From NCBI GenBank assembly GCA_002436105.1, contig DIXU01000003.1:107773-171772 (forward strand): a stretch of DNA of 64,000 nucleotides, given 5' to 3'. Source of the DNA: Candidatus Aminicenantes bacterium UBA6072 (GTDB lineage Bacteria > Acidobacteriota > Aminicenantia > UBA2199). Under the pieces are notes generated by a model. The model saw only the letters and a program-made list of their open reading frames with translations, was not told where the DNA came from and searched no databases. Of the stretch, positions 62,416-64,000 are shown one piece after another (position 1 is the first letter of the stretch; each line of letters begins with the position of its first letter). The translations under genes and the position numbers were made by a program.

Positions 62416-63762
62416 TCATAAATATCCCAGCGTCTCGAGGCTCTTCTTCTCTTTTTCAGATAGTTTCCCCTGCGGCTGGCTCGCCTTGCCGCTCAAGTAA
62501 TTGCCGTGCGCGCGAAGGAACGACTCGAAGCGGGCTGCCAAGACCCGCGCGGCCGCCGCCTGGGAGCTGAAGAGGTTCTTCGTTTCCCGGGGATCGCTGA
62601 AATAGTCGAAAAAATGATCGGGGGGCAGGTGCAGCCGCTTGGACAGCCTGGGATTGATCTTGACGTAGTGCTGCCTGCCCCTGACCACGGCGTGGGAACT
62701 CGTGCCCAGGATGTAGAGCAGGCGATCTTTCTGGGGTTGCAGCAGGCTGACGCCCTGGAGCGGGTACGGCGGCTCGAGCCGCAGCAGCTGCAGGACGGTG
62801 GGATAGATGTCCATGAGGCTGACCGGGGTGCGGACGGTGCGCGGCTTGCGGCCGGGGATGCGCATCATCAGCGGGATCCGTGCCCCCGCGGTGAAGGTCA
62901 GCGGGCCATGGTCAAAAAACAGGTTCCGTTCCCCCAGGTCCTCCCCATGATCGGCGGTGACGATCACGACGGTATCCTTGTCCAGCCCCAGTCGGGAAAC
63001 GGCATCCAGTACCTTGCCGATCTCGGCATCCACGTAGCTCACGGCGCCGTCATAGCGGGCGATGGCATGGCCCTCGCTGAAATCGCCGAGCTGCTCCAGC
63101 TCGCGCCGGACCGGCCCGGGCATGATGCAGGGATTCAGGGCGCGCAGGTTGCGCCCTCTCGGGCGCTGGGGGATGAATTCCGCGGGCGGGACATAGGGGG
63201 TATGCGGATCGATGTAGTTGACCCAGAGAAAGAAGGGCTTTTCGTGCTTCGCCCCGAGAAAGTCAAGCACCCGGGAGGTGATGAACGGGGTGGATTCGGG
63301 CTTGGTTTCGGCATGGGTCCAGGCCTCGGTGTAGTCGGCAAACCCCTGGTCGAACTGGAAGAAGCGCGAGAGGTTGGCGTTGTCGACCACCGCCGCCGTA
63401 TGGTAGCCGTTGATCGTCAGCAATTCGGCCAGGGTGAGGAATTTTTCGTTCAGCGGGCCGCGGTTGGGCTTGGTCCTGTGGATGCTGGGATGCAGGCCGG
63501 TCAGCATCGAGGCGAAGGAGGCCGATGTCTTGGGAATGGTGCAGAAGGCGTTCTCGAAGAACAGGGATTTCTTCGCGAATTCATCGATGCGCGGGCTGGC
63601 CGGATGCGGATAGCCGTAGCAGCCCAGGTGGTCCGCCCGCAGCGTGTCCACGGCCAGGATGACGATGTTGAATTTTTTTCCGGCCTCGGGTTCCCGGCCG
63701 CAGGATGACAGGAACATTGCGGAAACCACGAGTATTAGAACCGAGAGTGCTGTCTTGAACAT
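62416..63762 (-). CDS. Sulfatase-like hydrolase/transferase (alkaline-phosphatase superfamily) lipoprotein
   Basis: Lipobox LSSC, metal site VILAVDTLRADHLGCYGY, and TADHGE. There is no C/S-x-P-x-R. The nucleophile position aligns to Thr in PKTSASFASMLTG. Start at MFKTALS behind the promoter. Confidence 0.85.
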   Translation of the reverse strand: MFKTALSVLILVVSAMFLSSCGREPEAGKKFNIVILAVDTLRADHLGCYGYPHPASPRIDEFAKKSLFFENAFCTIPKTSASFASMLTGLHPSIHRTKPNRGPLNEKFLTLAELLTINGYHTAAVVDNANLSRFFQFDQGFADYTEAWTHAETKPESTPFITSRVLDFLGAKHEKPFFLWVNYIDPHTPYVPPAEFIPQRPRGRNLRALNPCIMPGPVRRELEQLGDFSEGHAIARYDGAVSYVDAEIGKVLDAVSRLGLDKDTVVIVTADHGEDLGERNLFFDHGPLTFTAGARIPLMMRIPGRKPRTVRTPVSLMDIYPTVLQLLRLEPPYPLQGVSLLQPQKDRLLYILGTSSHAVVRGRQHYVKINPRLSKRLHLPPDHFFDYFSDPRETKNLFSSQAAAARVLAARFESFLRAHGNYLSGKASQPQGKLSEKEKKSLETLGYL

Positions 63763-63770
63763 GAGTGGAT

Positions 63771-63800
63771 ATTGTATCATGCTATAATAAAACCTGTCAA
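63771..63800 (-). promoter_or_regulatory. Sigma70-type promoter, leaderless geometry
   Basis: Minus strand reads TTGACA (63800-63795), N18, TACAAT (63776-63771), then 8 nt to ATG 63762. Confidence 0.45.
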
Positions 63801-63857
63801 GTCATGGTTTGGCTGGCGGCCGTCCCCGCTGCGCCCGTTTTGGCAGTCCGGGAACCG

Positions 63858-64000
63858 TCAGGTCAGCCGCGATTGGAAGCGCTCCAGGAACTCCTGGACC
63901 GAGAAGATGCGCTTCATGCCGAACTGGTGGACCGAATTGGCGGAAAGGTCGCGGGCGCGGGCGGCGATGAAGTCCAGGTTGGTCTCGGGATCCCTGCCGG
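63858..64000 (-). CDS. C-terminal fragment of an unidentified protein (5' end off the window)
   Basis: The frame is open to the window edge with strong G/C third-position bias. Translation is ...DPETNLDFIAARARDLSANSVHQFGMKRIFSVQEFLERFQSRLT*. Family not recognised. Confidence 0.4.
   Translation of the reverse strand, partial: GRDPETNLDFIAARARDLSANSVHQFGMKRIFSVQEFLERFQSRLT

Noticed and set aside
63781-63788. Plus-strand extended -10 (TGcTATAAT, with TG at 63780-63781 and the hexamer at 63783-63788) that could drive an antisense or divergent RNA.
   Set aside because: There is no plus-strand ORF or structured region downstream, because the next sequence is the 3' end of a minus-strand gene. The hexamer lies in the AT-rich spacer of the minus-strand promoter and is probably fortuitous.

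Overview
This is a GC-rich chromosomal segment (roughly 60-65% GC by eye, not computed) from a diderm bacterium. I saw no rRNA, CRISPR array, transposase, integrase or phage genes. About 55 protein genes and one tRNA-Ala(CGC) are supportable.

Main gene groups:
- One-carbon and methyl-cycle metabolism: glyQ, gcvT-H-PA-PB, glyA, metK, ahcY, a PfkB kinase, panBCD and rpiB.
- Secreted or periplasmic peptidases: M48, GGT, S46, S9 and PepD.
- Signalling: a GAF histidine kinase with an NtrC-type sigma54 activator, REC-HD-GYP, propeller-GGDEF, an RsbW-like kinase, and a PHP/GHKL/cNMP trio. tatA/tatC also lie in the window.
- A TAT-dependent NapH/NapG-like polyferredoxin paired with a DUF362-like protein.
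- A roughly 14 kb envelope-glycosylation-type cluster with three GT-C membrane enzymes, AsnB, an epimerase and two methyltransferases.
- A minus-strand surface-protein locus in which two paralogous propeller-PKD-Fn3 proteins flank a 1016-aa fusion of two membrane-fusion-protein modules with a C-terminal beta-barrel.

The most unusual non-coding signal is a dispersed family of at least six 3'-UTR elements. Each has tandem 7-nt (once 11-nt) repeats on one side and their reverse complement on the other, around a semi-conserved purine/pyrimidine core. The repeat unit differs between copies but stays self-complementary within each copy. This resembles cyanobacterial STRR heptamer repeats.

Other notable points:
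- A well-formed sigma54 promoter sits in front of an operon encoding a catalytically dead ABC ATPase, next to the sigma54 activator gene.
- There is a consistent -35/-10/ATG geometry that predicts many leaderless mRNAs.
- Many long antisense ORFs in the track are GC-driven shadows of the real genes.
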